From Camelus dromedarius (taxonomy: Eukaryota), in contig NC_087446.1 of the NCBI RefSeq assembly GCF_036321535.1, positions 57,660,001 through 57,724,000 on the forward strand: a stretch of DNA of 64,000 bases. Direction: 5' to 3'. The notes beneath the pieces were generated by a model. It saw only the letters and a list, made by a program, of their open reading frames with translations. It ran no database searches and had not been told where the DNA came from. Position 1 is the stretch's first letter; every line of letters begins with the position of its first letter. This document shows, one piece after another, positions 9,121 to 20,810 of this stretch. The translations under genes and the position numbers were made by a program.

Positions 9121-12100
9121 CAGATGAGTTTCCTCAAAAATCCTTATTATCATTTTATAGTGGAACTATCTGCCTCTAATGTGATAATTGACTTTATTTT
9201 TAGGAATAAAGAAGATAATGGGGATTACTGTGTGGGAGTATATGCTATAAAATTGTTATATAATTTAATTTTAGTTTATATTTACATTAGCCCTCACAAT
9301 AGTTCTGTGAATTATTATTCTCATTTCCATAGTGAGAAAAAAAAAAAAAAACCTAAAACTCAGGGAGAGTTGTATTTTTAATCCATTTCTCTTGGAATGC
9401 AAAGCCTGTAGGCTGTCCCAATAATCACACACATTATAAATTAAAATTAAGTCCTGATGCCATAATTCATATAAGAATTGCTTTTCCTTTTCAAGTTATA
9501 CATTATCTTCAATTGTAGATACTATTTACAAACTGAGACAATCAGGAGAGAAAGAAAACATCTCTATGAAAACCTACAGATTTTGAGAGTGATTTAGGTT
9601 ACAACAGTTTTTCTCTCATTCGTCTTATTCATACTGGTTGGCACTTTGATCTCACTGACTTGATCTGCCTCCCCCTTCCCATTAGGCAAAAAGCAAGGTC
9701 ATTTTTTTCTTTCAAAACACTCAGAGAAACAGAATTATGAATTATAGGACTATTCGAAGATAATCTTAAAGTAATAATTTGAAAATACTCTAAATCGATT
9801 CTTCATCTCAAGTATTTTTTTCATGCTGTCATGATGAAGTTCATGATGAGTTCTTACTCAGCAAACAGAGTCAGAAGTAGAATAAATCATTCTAGAAAAA
9901 GAATTAGTGTTGTTACAAAGCCAAACTGTTACCCAAGATATCAAAATAATCCAATGCTCTGTTCTTGTCTCTGACAAGTTAACCTAGCATACAGACCTAA
10001 CACCAAGAAAAAGATCGTCAGGGGAAAGACAGAGAATTGGAAAACTGTGTAGTAATGTTGAGGGTGAAGATTGTATTAAGGATATATGTGTTCACAATCT
10101 CACTTATGACTTCTTAGGAGTTTTAACATAAGAAGAGAAAATTCAGTACACAAAGAGAATGTGGGAAGATAATCTAAGTTTCCAGTTATATTGTGGAATT
10201 TAGGGAGCTTCTCACAATTTATACAAAATAAGAAAAGACAATCTCTTGATCTTTGATAGACATTGAAGTATAGTTGCTTTTTAAATTGGACAATTTGGAG
10301 AATGCTGTTTCTTATGATTTATAATTTATTCTGAAGCCATCATTATGATTTGTTATGAAGCCATCCTTATGATTTACTATGGAGTGGCAGAAGTGTCCTG
10401 AAAATCATTTCTAGTTGTTTTATTTAACACAAGGGCAAGCATTTGTTTGCTGAACAGGTTAATTTTCACTTGCAGTGAGCTACATGCTTGATTCAACAAT
10501 GAGATTTCCAAGATATGAGAATTCATTAAAAAGGAAGGAATAGAAAGGAATATGAAGCTTGTTATCATAAATCATATGGGACTAGGGAAAAATGTGAATG
10601 AGTAGTTAGGAAGGAAAGTCTGAAAGGATGTCTTACTGACTTGGATATAGCCTTGATTACTTTCCCAGAAACATCCCAGAAATGGTTTACAGATCAAAGA
10701 GTCACACACAGCTATGAATCTCAGAAGATTGTTCATTGAGAACAACAAATTTTACATTTGTAAATATTTATCATTCTTCAATGGCCATAAATTTATTCAC
10801 AGAATATATAATTATAATGTCTGTTTTTCTTCTAAGTGCTAATAAGCCTTTTTCTCTAGTCTCTGAGGAATAGTGAAAGAATAAGTTCATTTTCTTGTGA
10901 ACTTCACATGCTCTCGCAGTAGCCTTGGCCACCATCCATTTCAACTGGAATTTTCCTTAATTTGAAAGCAGCAATACTTTTTTGCTAGAAAGTGAAGTAA
11001 GTGAAAAGAAAGCTCACGTATGTAAGGGAAGAAAACAAAGTTGAGAAATTTCATAGTATTACGATGTATTACATACTACAAATCAACAAACATGTATCTT
11101 GAAATTAAACATTCTATTGCAGAAAATTCTCTCCTGACATTGGAATGTAAACTTGACCATGTAATGCGAATTCACAGAATTACTGATATGAAAATGTACT
11201 GAGGAAATTTATTGAGGAAACTTAGCTTCTTTTTAAAATAAATGCATTATTATTATTACTACTGTTATTTAGGAAGACAAAATCAAAGGTTTTCATTGTT
11301 ATTTCATGATTACTACAATATGCTGACAAAATAGAACTTCCTTTAAGTAAATAAAAGGCAAAATATAAAAATTTATGAGATAGAAATTAGAATATATATA
11401 TATAGAGAGAATACTAATATCACTTAGATGTGAGAAATTTTGGAGAAAAAATTTTAATGGAGGATAACGTTTTATTTTAGACATTTGTACAGTTTGGTGT
11501 CCTTAGCCCATAACGCAGATCCAAAACTCAGTGTCTAGTCTGCCTCCTTTCTCCCCTGGACTCGCTAATATCCATTATCTGTGGCTTCAGAGGAGGAGCA
11601 GGAGGTTGGGAAAGTGACTGTGAGAGTGGAAACTCAGAAACCTGTCACATTGTTAAAGATTTAACTCCAATGACTTTCAGATTTGGGAGACATACCCATA
11701 TGAATGACCTTTTTCCTGACACATCTGGCTTTTCTATATTACACTAGTAAATAATATTACAAGAATTTGGGTGACAAAAATTAGGAAATTAGATGCTTTT
11801 ATTGGAGTGGAAGAAAAGACAAGGTGTTTCCCAATGGGAAGGGAATCATTTAGGGGAGGCTTTTAAGAAGTAAACAGGTAGCATTTCTATTCCAGTATTC
11901 CTAGGTTTTAGAAAAACCCAGGTTAAAATCCCTGCACTTCCCATTTAGGTTCCGTGATTTGGATACGAGTTTTAAAAATTGTTTTAATCTGTTTGCAATC
12001 TGTCAAATAGGGATTTTATAAAGAAATATTCTATGTGAAACAGACTCTGGCATATATGGTAAAAATCTTACTTTAAAATATGTCATCTATTTTCATTAAC

Positions 12101-12184
12101 TTCTTTTAAAAATCTCCTAAATTAAATTAGCATGACATAATAGTTGACTTCCAGAGGCAAATTCCAATTCTATCTGTGGGTAAT

Positions 12185-12225
12185 CCTCTTTTCTTTAAGT
12201 CTTCTCTTTGTGTTTCCTCTTGTAG
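12185..12225 (+). promoter_or_regulatory. Splice acceptor upstream of OR6C1-like copy A coding exon
   Basis: Polypyrimidine tract ending tttcctcttgtAG at 12224-12225, 24 nt before the ATG. It is conserved in all three OR6C1-like copies. OR genes commonly have 5' non-coding exons. Confidence 0.65.
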
Positions 12226-12249
12226 TTGACGCAAGAGAAGAGGAAAAAA

Positions 12250-13191
12250 ATGAGGAACTACACAGTAATAAGAGAGTTCATCCTCCTGGGACTGTCTGAT
12301 GACCCACAGCTTCAGGCTGTCATCTTCATCTTTCTGCTCATCACCTACATGCTCAGCATCACTGGGAACCTGACCATTATCACCCTGACCCTGCTGGACT
12401 CCCACCTCCAGACCCCCATGTATTTCTTCCTCAGAAACTTCTCCTTACTAGAGGTGTCATTCACAACTGTCAGTATACCCAGGTTCCTGAGCACCATTGT
12501 TACAGGAGATAAAACCATTTCCTTTAATGATTGCATTGCTCAGTTATTTTTTTTCATTCTCCTGGGAGCCACTGAATTTTACCTACTAGCTGCCATGTCC
12601 TATGACCGCTACGTTGCCATCTGCAAACCTCTGCATTACACAACCATCATGAACCAGAGAGTCTGCATACTCTTTGTCTTCTCTTCTTGGCTCATTTCAT
12701 TCTTAATCATATTCCCTGCACTCATGTTGCTCTTAAACCTTGATTACTGCAAGTCTAATATTATTGACCATTTCGCCTGTGATTATTTTCCCCTCCTACA
12801 ACTTTCTTGTTCAGACACCAAATTCCTAGAAATAATGGGGTTTTCCTGTGCTGTGTTCACTCTAATGATCACTTTGGCACTGATATTCCTGTCCTACATA
12901 TATATCATCAGCACAATTGTGCGGATTCCTTCTACCAGTCAGAGGACAAAGGCCTTTTCCACATGTTCATCCCATATGATTATCATCTCCATCTCTTATG
13001 GCAGCTGCATCTTTATGTATATTAAACCCTCAGCAAATGAGAGAGTGTCTTTGAGCAAGGGTGTGGCTGTGCTCAACACCTCAGTAGCCCCCATGCTGAA
13101 CCCCTTTATTTACAGCCTAAGGAATCAGCAAGTGAAGCGAGCCCTCATGGACATGACAAGGATGATTATTTTTCAAAAGCAAATGAAATGA
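12250..13191 (+). CDS. OR6C1: Olfactory receptor 6C1-like, copy A (313 aa)
   Basis: ATG at 12250 ([19 protein letters not shown]; N-glycosylation site NYT) and all canonical OR motifs. The track start at 12226 is a TTG right after the splice acceptor. The protein is closest to my recollection of human OR6C1. Confidence 0.9.
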   Translation: MRNYTVIREFILLGLSDDPQLQAVIFIFLLITYMLSITGNLTIITLTLLDSHLQTPMYFFLRNFSLLEVSFTTVSIPRFLSTIVTGDKTISFNDCIAQLFFFILLGATEFYLLAAMSYDRYVAICKPLHYTTIMNQRVCILFVFSSWLISFLIIFPALMLLLNLDYCKSNIIDHFACDYFPLLQLSCSDTKFLEIMGFSCAVFTLMITLALIFLSYIYIISTIVRIPSTSQRTKAFSTCSSHMIIISISYGSCIFMYIKPSANERVSLSKGVAVLNTSVAPMLNPFIYSLRNQQVKRALMDMTRMIIFQKQMK

Positions 13192-13665
13192 TGTGGTGTA
13201 ATGAATTAGAGACACATTGCTGGGAAATTTTAAAATTTCAATAGCATATTCAAATCACAATGGCCTCCTTGCCATCCTTGTTTATTCTGTCTTTTTTCTA
13301 GTAGTTTACAAAAATATTTGTTTAGTATCTTTCTCATTCAATTTGCATAACTTTTCTTAAGTCTTTCTGACTCTCATTCTTCTGAACACTTGTTAGTTGC
13401 AACTTCTTAAACTAAAAACTTTTAAAGTAAAATTGTATTTTGCATTTTGTTTAGGAAAGAAATAATCACCAGGAATGGAGGACATTGTATAAAGATGGTT
13501 ATGATATTTCACTTACTTAGTTACAGAAAACATAATCTTGTGAGTTTCATTTATGTTTGACAGAAGTTCCCTTTACCATCTTGCAGTTTCTCAGGAAACA
13601 TTTTTTAAATGCCACGTAATTTACTGAAAAAATCTGAAAGTTTTTTTTTAAAGCTAAGAAACATT

Positions 13666-13817
13666 GGGGGGAAGGTATAGCTCAGTGGTAGAGTGCCTGC
13701 CTATCATGCATGAGGTCCTGGGTTCAATCCCCATACCTCCATTAAAAAAATAAATAAACCTAATTACCTCCCCCCAACCAATATAAAAACAAAACAAAAA
13801 ATGTCTTAAAAAAAACA
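13666..13817 (+). mobile_element. tRNA-derived SINE (camelid vic-1-like) with TSD
   Basis: ggggggaaggtatagctcagtggtagagtgcctgcctatcatgcatgaggtcctgggttcaatcccc carries A and B boxes, followed by an A-rich tail. TSD AAGAAACATT at 13656-13665 and 13818-13827. Confidence 0.88.
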
Positions 13818-13894
13818 AAGAAACATTACTTGTTCCTTAATTTAATAGAGGATGTCTAAATAACTTATTCTTTGATTTTAAAAGTATAGATATA

Positions 13895-14054
13895 GGGGAA
13901 GGGTATAGGTCAAACAGTAGAGTGAATCTTAACATGCATAAGGTCCTGTGCTCCATCCCCAGTATCTCCAGCAAAAAACTAACTGAACAAATAAACATTA
14001 TTACCTACCCACTGAAAAAAAATTTAAAAACTAAAATAAACAAATAAATAAATA
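13895..14054 (+). mobile_element. Second, more diverged tRNA-derived SINE (vic-1-like)
   Basis: ggggaagggtataggtcaaacagtagagtg...aaggtcctgtgctccatcccc plus an A-rich tail, flanked by an imperfect TSD aaaa(g/c)tatagat. Confidence 0.8.
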
Positions 14055-14513
14055 AAAACTATAGATTTTTAACAATATGTACTTCTGTAGGGATAGTGCT
14101 ACATAGAGCTCCATATTTCCAAATCCCATACTAGAAAATAGTGAAGAAATAGCCACTTTAGATATGTAGGATAAATTCACTTTCTGTAATTCCATGGAAG
14201 GTAAGCTCCCCTTTTTGATTTTGCTGAAATATATATATATTTATATATATATATAAAATATATATTTCTATATTATTTATTTATATATTACTCATATATA
14301 AAACCTTCTCAAAATTTGGACTATTTTGAAACAGGGCATTTATCCAGATTATTTTATACCTAAATAAAATCATTCAAGTTTTGAAGAAAATAAAATCTTC
14401 GTATCAAAGCAAAATCTTCCATTTTATATAAAATTAGGATTTCATCTTTTAAAACACTCTAACATTTATTCTGCTTGAGGCATTAATAAGTGCCTACAGT
14501 ATTTTGAAAAGGG

Positions 14514-14546
<33 letters not shown>
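14514..14546. repeat. (GT)n microsatellite
   Basis: Direct run of tg repeats with one cg interruption. Confidence 0.95.
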
Positions 14547-14550
<4 letters not shown>

Positions 14551-15014
14551 AACTGAAATAACGATTATGGATAGTAAAAAGTATTCTAAATAACAAAAAC
14601 CAATTTTTGGTAATAGAAAAATAAGCCTAATTAGTGGTGCAACATTCCTAATACTCATTACATTTACTGCAGACATAAAACACAGGATTTGTTGAGAAAG
14701 AAAAAAAAATTGAAGGGGATTCAAAATATTAGAGGAAAATTAAATTCATTTCATCCTATCTGAAGTATAATTTCTATGTTAAATAAGACAAATAGTTGAC
14801 AAACTTGAGGTTTCTATACCCTCTAAGCATATATTTCCCCATTGGTAAGTCAAGTTACAAGTTCAGATAAATCAGGTATAAACAACTTACTACAGGGAGG
14901 GAAATAAATCTATAAAGCATATAGCATAATTAGCTATCAATAAATTGTAATAAATATTAATATTGTTCTATATATCTAACTGCTATATTTATGAATATGT
15001 AGGGCTTATATTTT

Positions 15015-15145
15015 TAAGACAAGAACACTTAATATGAGATCTACCCACTTCAAATTCTGAGGGCGCAGTACAGTGTTGTTAACTACAGGCACAGTGTTGT
15101 GTAGCAGATCTCTAGAACTTACCCATCATGTATAACTGAAACTTT
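15015..15145 (-). mobile_element. Old L1 3'-end fragment (L1MA/MB-type)
   Basis: acaagaacacttaatatgagatctacc...tacagtgttgttaactacaggcacagtgttgtgtagcagatctctagaactta is the typical antisense L1 3' terminus. Confidence 0.75.
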
Positions 15146-15979
15146 ATGCACATTTTTATGTACAACTTTAAGTACAATTTTATTTTTATGTACAATTTTA
15201 TTTCTATGTACAATTTTTATTATTTCTACGTGATTCTCTTACTGCAGATTTTAACTTAGACCTAACATAGCCTTTACCATTAGATAACATCTTTAAGCTG
15301 AAGGTTTTTAATTTAATGGTCAGGAAGCATATTTTTCATAGAGCAAAGCCTTCTATGACTTTTATTACATGCTTGGCACTTTTCTAAAGATTTTACACAG
15401 TGAAGTCATTGAAAGCTCAACTCTGTGAGATAGACAGGTATTCAAAGGAATTTACGGATGATGTAATTCAGGCAAGAGGAATTCAGGGATTTTTAAAATA
15501 GTAAATGACCAGGATTCACTCTTCCTTATGGAAATATCTATGATAGAAAAATTAAAACCTACTATTATTTAACACATATAAATACATAAACATATTAATG
15601 TCTGCTTTCTTGAAAAGCACCTAGCCATCTCTTTGACTGAAGGAAATTCTTCTGAAATAATAACGATACTTATTATTTTAAACAGAAAGGGAAACAGATT
15701 GTATTAGAATAAAGCCCATGATGACACATCGGTAGGCTGAATTGTCATGAAACATTGCCAGGAATTCACATGCAAGGAAACTCAGTTTTTAAGCCCTTCC
15801 AGTTACATTATTTTCTCCCTTTCCCCCTAACATCTCAGGTTCCTCATGGCAGTGGCTTCAGTGTATCTCACCTCAGGTGAGGTAGTAGCAGGAGTTGGAA
15901 AAGATGAGTGTTACATGCCTAAGGAAAAACCAATCACTTTTATTAAAAATTAATTATATTTACCAATTTTGAAGAGTCT

Positions 15980-17365
15980 CAGTGCAACTAAACCCTCGGC
16001 CCCCAGCTTGGGCACCCTATCCCTGGGGTCTGGCACCTGGAGCACAAGCCCCCTTGGCTGGTCTGAAGACCAGCGGGGCTTACTGGAGGGCTGCAGAAAC
16101 TGAGGCTCTGCTCTTGAGGAGTGGACAAACAGACCTGCTTGCTCCCTATCTCGGACACTGGAAAATGCCTGGTGCCCTGATCAGCCTGCCAGATCCCCCG
16201 AGCATGTCCCCCAGCCCATGCTGGCTCATCCTCCAGCCCCTTGGGCCCAGCCCCAGCCCCAACCCAAACACAGACTGTCATTGTGCTAGGGAGAAGCCTA
16301 ACTCACTCTGGACTGCTGTTCCAGCCCCTCGGGGCCCCTGACCCCTCCATCCCCACTCCCGGCCAAGGTGGCTACAATCCTCAATCCTGGGAGAAGGCTT
16401 GGCTTGCACTGATCTATGGCTCTAGTCACTCTGCCTCCAGCCACACCTCCCAGGGAGATGGCTGCCAGCACACACCAAGAGAACACTCGGCCAGTGCTCA
16501 CTTCAGATCCAGCTCTCCTATCAAAGCCACTGTGCACAGGCAGACTGCACAGAGATGCCCACATAAGGATATGGCTTCAAGACTGAGATAGGTAACTGTT
16601 TCACCTCATGTCATAGGACAAACAAGGAAAATCAAATCAAATGCAAGGACAGTGGCACATGTTCCAAGGAAAGAAAAAAACCCAGAAAAAAAAAAAACTA
16701 ATGAAATAAATATAAGTAATTTACACAATAAAGAGTTCAAAGCAATAGTAACAGAAAACACTCCATGACTTGGGAAAATAACAGAAGAACATAGTGAGAA
16801 CTTCAACAAAGTACTTGAAAAAATAAAGGTGAACCAATCAGAGCTAGAGAATACAATAACTGAAATAAAATGTACACTGAAGTGAATTAACAGATTATGA
16901 GTTATAGACAAACTCATTAGCAACCCAAAAGACAGAATACTGGAAATCACCCAATCAGAACAGCAAAAAGAAAAAAAAAATTTTTTTTCTAATGAAGATA
17001 GTTTAAGGGACCTCTTGGACAACATCAAGTGCACTAACATTTATATTATAAGGGTCCCAGAAGGAGAAGAGAGAGAGAAAGGAGCAGAAAATGTATTTGG
17101 TTAAATTATGGCTGAAAACGTCTCTAACCTAAAGAAGGAAATGGATATCCAAGTTCAGGAAGCAAAGAGAGTCCCAAACAAGATGAATCCAAAGAGACTC
17201 AAACCAAAACATATCTTAATTAAAATGTTAAAAGTCCAAGATAAAGAGATAATTTAAAAAAGCAGTGAGAGAGAAAAAAAGGCACATAAAAAGCAATCTC
17301 CATAATCAGCTGTTTTTTCAGCAGAAACTTTGCATGACAGAAGGGACTAGCATGATATACTTGAG
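15980..17365 (+). mobile_element. Degenerate L1 5' UTR (GC-rich) + ORF1
   Basis: GC-rich 5' UTR at about 15980-16600, then A-rich ORF1-like sequence with stops and frameshifts (gcactaacatttatattataagggtcccagaaggagaagagagagagaaagg; ttttttcagcagaaactttgcatgacagaagggactagcatgatata). Confidence 0.8.
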
Positions 17366-17592
17366 GTGTAATGTACAACATGATAAAGATAATGAACACT
17401 GCTGTATGTTACGTATGAAAGTTGTTAAAAGAGTCCATCCTGAGTTGCCATTAAAGGAAAATTTATTTCTATTTCTTTAATTTCATATCTATATGAGATA
17501 GCAAATGTTCAATAAACCTATTTCATGATGTTTGTAATCAAATCATTATGCTGTAAACCTTCCGTTTATACATAGTGCTGCATGTCGATTAC
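17366..17592 (+). mobile_element. L1 3' UTR terminus abutting the ORF1 fragment
   Basis: aatgtacaacatgataaagataatgaacactgctgtatgttacgtatgaaagttgtt...atcaaatcattatgctgtaaacctt...acctcagtacaactgga resembles a laurasiatherian L1 3' end. Confidence 0.7.
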
Positions 17593-19874
17593 ACCTCAGT
17601 ACAACTGGATGAAATATATAACATTTATATTCTATAAAGTAGTTATTATGTGATATGTATTATTATTTTATGTAATTATATAATGAATGTGTGACTTGTT
17701 ATTAACTGATTATATATAATTTTAACTAAAAGATATTTGAGAAAAATAAGAACAACAATAAAGATAATTAACCAAACTTCAGTAACCAGAACTAAAATAA
17801 ACAAAAGATTTGTATTTTGTGATACTTCTCACTAGTATGTTAATGACATGGTAAGTAAATGCAAGACCAAGATGAAAAGAAAGATGAACAAAATTGACAC
17901 TGTAATTAAATATTGCTACTGATAAGGAGAATTATTAGTTAACCTATGGAACAGCATTTTTTAAAAATTGTGAGCACAGTATGTGCATTATAATAGTTAT
18001 TATTTATCTCAGAATTATGAAACACCTTTAATTCTTGAAGCCCCAACAATAAAACCTCGAGATAAACAAAAAGTGTATATGTAGAAAAATTATACATACC
18101 AAGATGAATAAATAGTATTAGATTGAGTTCTGCTTTTGTAAGAATTCACATTTATTTTTATTAGTCTTGAAATACTAATAATTGTGGTTAATGGAAGATT
18201 ATTTTGTAGATGTCAACGTTTAGGTCCTCTATGGGATACAAAGGTGAACATAACCATTCTCAAGAGGGAGATTCACGATAGAGAAGAGTTAGGAGGCTAC
18301 TGAAAATGCCAAGGGTGGCTTCCAGAAATCCCTCATGGTCTGCAATATAGGAGAAATGCGCCCTGACTTTGCCTTGTTCCCAGGAGATGAATGCATGACT
18401 CTCTTCATAGCTCAAAACAACTAGACTTGAAAATTTGAGCTATTAATGCCAACGGATGGACATCAGATCTAAGAATCTATACTCATGAGACCTGATATTG
18501 TCATATCCCTCTCAGTTCTCTTTTTAAATATGACTTTCTTAAACTTCTAGATCAACATTATTGAAGAGGACTATAGTATGTTTCCAGATCGTCTTAAGGT
18601 TTCTGACAGTCCAGTTTTACTTCCTGAACTATTTTCCTTTAGTCATCATAAAATAAGGAAAATATTAAATCAAATTGGATTAGTGTGACTTTTACTAGTG
18701 TCTGACAGAGAAGCAATGATTTTATATTCTATTATTCACAGCAGAACTGTGGCTGTCTGAAATATGGAGAAATTAGTTGTCCTGATTTTAGCAAACCAGA
18801 TACACAGAATGGTGTATCCAGTGCAGCTGGGGATCAACTGAATAGGTTAGGATGGAGAGGTTTTCCTACACATCTCTGGATAACCTTATGGATCAGTCAT
18901 CTCATTTGAAAGATAAATGTGAGGCAGAACTACAAGGTAGTAAAACATTTTTCTATAAAGCTTAGTAGCTGTGAAAGAAGGATGTCCAAATGGAAAATGC
19001 ACTGGGCAACAATTTGCGTGACACAGCTGCTAACATCTGAGGCAAGTAGTTATTTTTCAATTTGTGCTTCAGTGTAAAGTAATAAATGAATAAATATTGC
19101 ATATCACTTTAAGCTCAGAAACAAAAATGTTTCTCGCTATATATACTCCTAACAAGTTATAGAAGACATCAAAAATTAGTGATTTCAATTGAATTATTTT
19201 TAAAATATCATTAAATGAGTAAGTGAATATGTTCTCTATTAGAGTACTATATAATATGTACAGAATGTTCTCATATTATCTTGATAATTATATACATAAA
19301 TATTAATATCAAAATGAAATTAGTAATTAATTTAATTAATATTTGAAGATTTTAAAGTTTATTTCATTTCCTAAGAAAATTATAGTAATTTCTCATATAA
19401 AATATAACGCTTTATTATTTCAGTTTCAATGTTTCTTTTTTTATCTTTCGATGAAATTAAGGTGATTCACTTGTGTTTCTAGTTGGTAGTATCTTCTAAG
19501 AAATACATGACAGAAAAAAAGAAAAAATGCATACTTATGTGATTATTTCAACAAAAATGCAATGACTTGCATAAAGTAGACAAAGAAAAAAGCACTGATT
19601 TCATTTAACATATCTCAATAGTGTGACTTATTGTATGAAGATTTTCTAACTTCACCTGCTAGATTTAAAATAAAGCAGGACTCACAAATATATACTAAGA
19701 TATAATGCAAATAAGAGAGTCTGATGAATATAACATCAGCATGGATTCTAGAAAATGTTTGAGAATTGTATCAGTGATGATATTGATCATGATGAATTAT
19801 CTTCCATCTCTTCCCTCTAATATACTTCCCACCTAAATATCCTGAAAGAAGGAAAAGGAGAGAGACAGAGAGAA

Positions 19875-20810
19875 ATGAACCACACAGTGATCACAGAGTT
19901 TGTCCTCCTAGGCCTTTCTGATGATCCTGACCTTCAGATTGTGATTTTCCTCTTTTTGTTTATCACATATGTATTAAGTGTCACTGGAAACCTCACTATC
20001 ATCACCCTGACTTTGCTGGACTCCCATCTACAGACGCCAATGTATTTCTTCCTCCGAAACTTCTCTTTCCTAGAAGTCTCCTTTACCACTGTATGTATTC
20101 CTAGGTTTCTGGGGACAATTATCACCAGAGATAAGACTATTTCTTTTAACAGTTGTGCAGCTCAGCTATTTTTCTTTATATTCATGGGGGTGACAGAGTT
20201 TTACATTCTAACTGCCATGTCCTACGACCGCTACGTTGCCATCTGCAAGCCCCTTCATTACACAGCCATCATGAGCAGGAAGGTCTGCAGCCTGCTTGTG
20301 CTGTGTGCATGGCTGGGTGGCTTTCTGACCATTTTCCCACCCGTTGTGCTTCTCCTCCAGCTGGATTTCTGTGCCTCCAATGTCATTGATCACTTTGCAT
20401 GTGACTATTTTCCCCTTTTGCAATTATCTTGCTCAGATACGTGGCTCCTAGAAGTAATGGGATTTTATTTTGCTTTGGTTAGTTTGCTGTTCACCTTGGC
20501 ATTAGTGATTTTGTCTTATATGTACATCATCAGGACTATTTTGAGAATCCCATCTGCCAGTCAGAGGAAAAAGGCTTTCTCCACATGTTCCTCTCACATG
20601 ATTGTCATTTCCATCTCTTATGGAAGCTGTATATTCATGTATGCTAATCCCTCGGCCAAAGAAGAGGCATCTGTCACTAAAGGGGTAGCTGTTCTCAACA
20701 CGTCTGTTGCCCCCATGCTCAACCCCTTCATTTACACCCTGAGAAACCAGCAAGTAAAACAAGCCTTCAAAGACATGGTCTATAAAGTAATATTTTCTGC
20801 CAAGAAATGA
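19875..20810 (+). CDS. OR6C3: Olfactory receptor 6C3-like, copy 2 (311 aa)
   Basis: Complete [24 protein letters not shown]... with all OR motifs. Nearly identical to copies 1 and 3. Confidence 0.95.
   Translation: MNHTVITEFVLLGLSDDPDLQIVIFLFLFITYVLSVTGNLTIITLTLLDSHLQTPMYFFLRNFSFLEVSFTTVCIPRFLGTIITRDKTISFNSCAAQLFFFIFMGVTEFYILTAMSYDRYVAICKPLHYTAIMSRKVCSLLVLCAWLGGFLTIFPPVVLLLQLDFCASNVIDHFACDYFPLLQLSCSDTWLLEVMGFYFALVSLLFTLALVILSYMYIIRTILRIPSASQRKKAFSTCSSHMIVISISYGSCIFMYANPSAKEEASVTKGVAVLNTSVAPMLNPFIYTLRNQQVKQAFKDMVYKVIFSAKK

Noticed and set aside
10320-10376. Short tandem repeats (about 24-bp units here and at about 50348-50410; about 17-bp units at 15160-15230; a 19-bp duplication at about 7340-7376)
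   Set aside because: Only 2-4 degenerate units with no unique spacers. These are ordinary slippage duplications, not CRISPR-like arrays.
11826-11839. Palindrome TTCCCAATGGGAA conserved upstream of all three OR6C1-like genes
   Set aside because: It has a 3-nt spacer, whereas the canonical O/E (EBF) site is TCCC-NN-GGGA. It also lies in a conversion-homogenised region, so its conservation is uninformative.
12226-12249. N-terminal extension MTQEKRKK of the OR6C1-like ORFs (also 31173, 46611)
   Set aside because: It begins at a TTG immediately after a splice-acceptor AG. The first ATG gives a normal OR N-terminus (MRNYT).
13666-13745. tRNA-like sequences (also 13895, 41877)
   Set aside because: They have A-rich tails and TSDs and no intact cloverleaf 3' end, so they are SINEs, not tRNA genes.
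15982-17040. Cluster of 88-144 aa ORFs in the GC-rich region
   Set aside because: They fall in a degenerate L1 5' UTR/ORF1. GC richness and antisense L1 composition explain the open frames.
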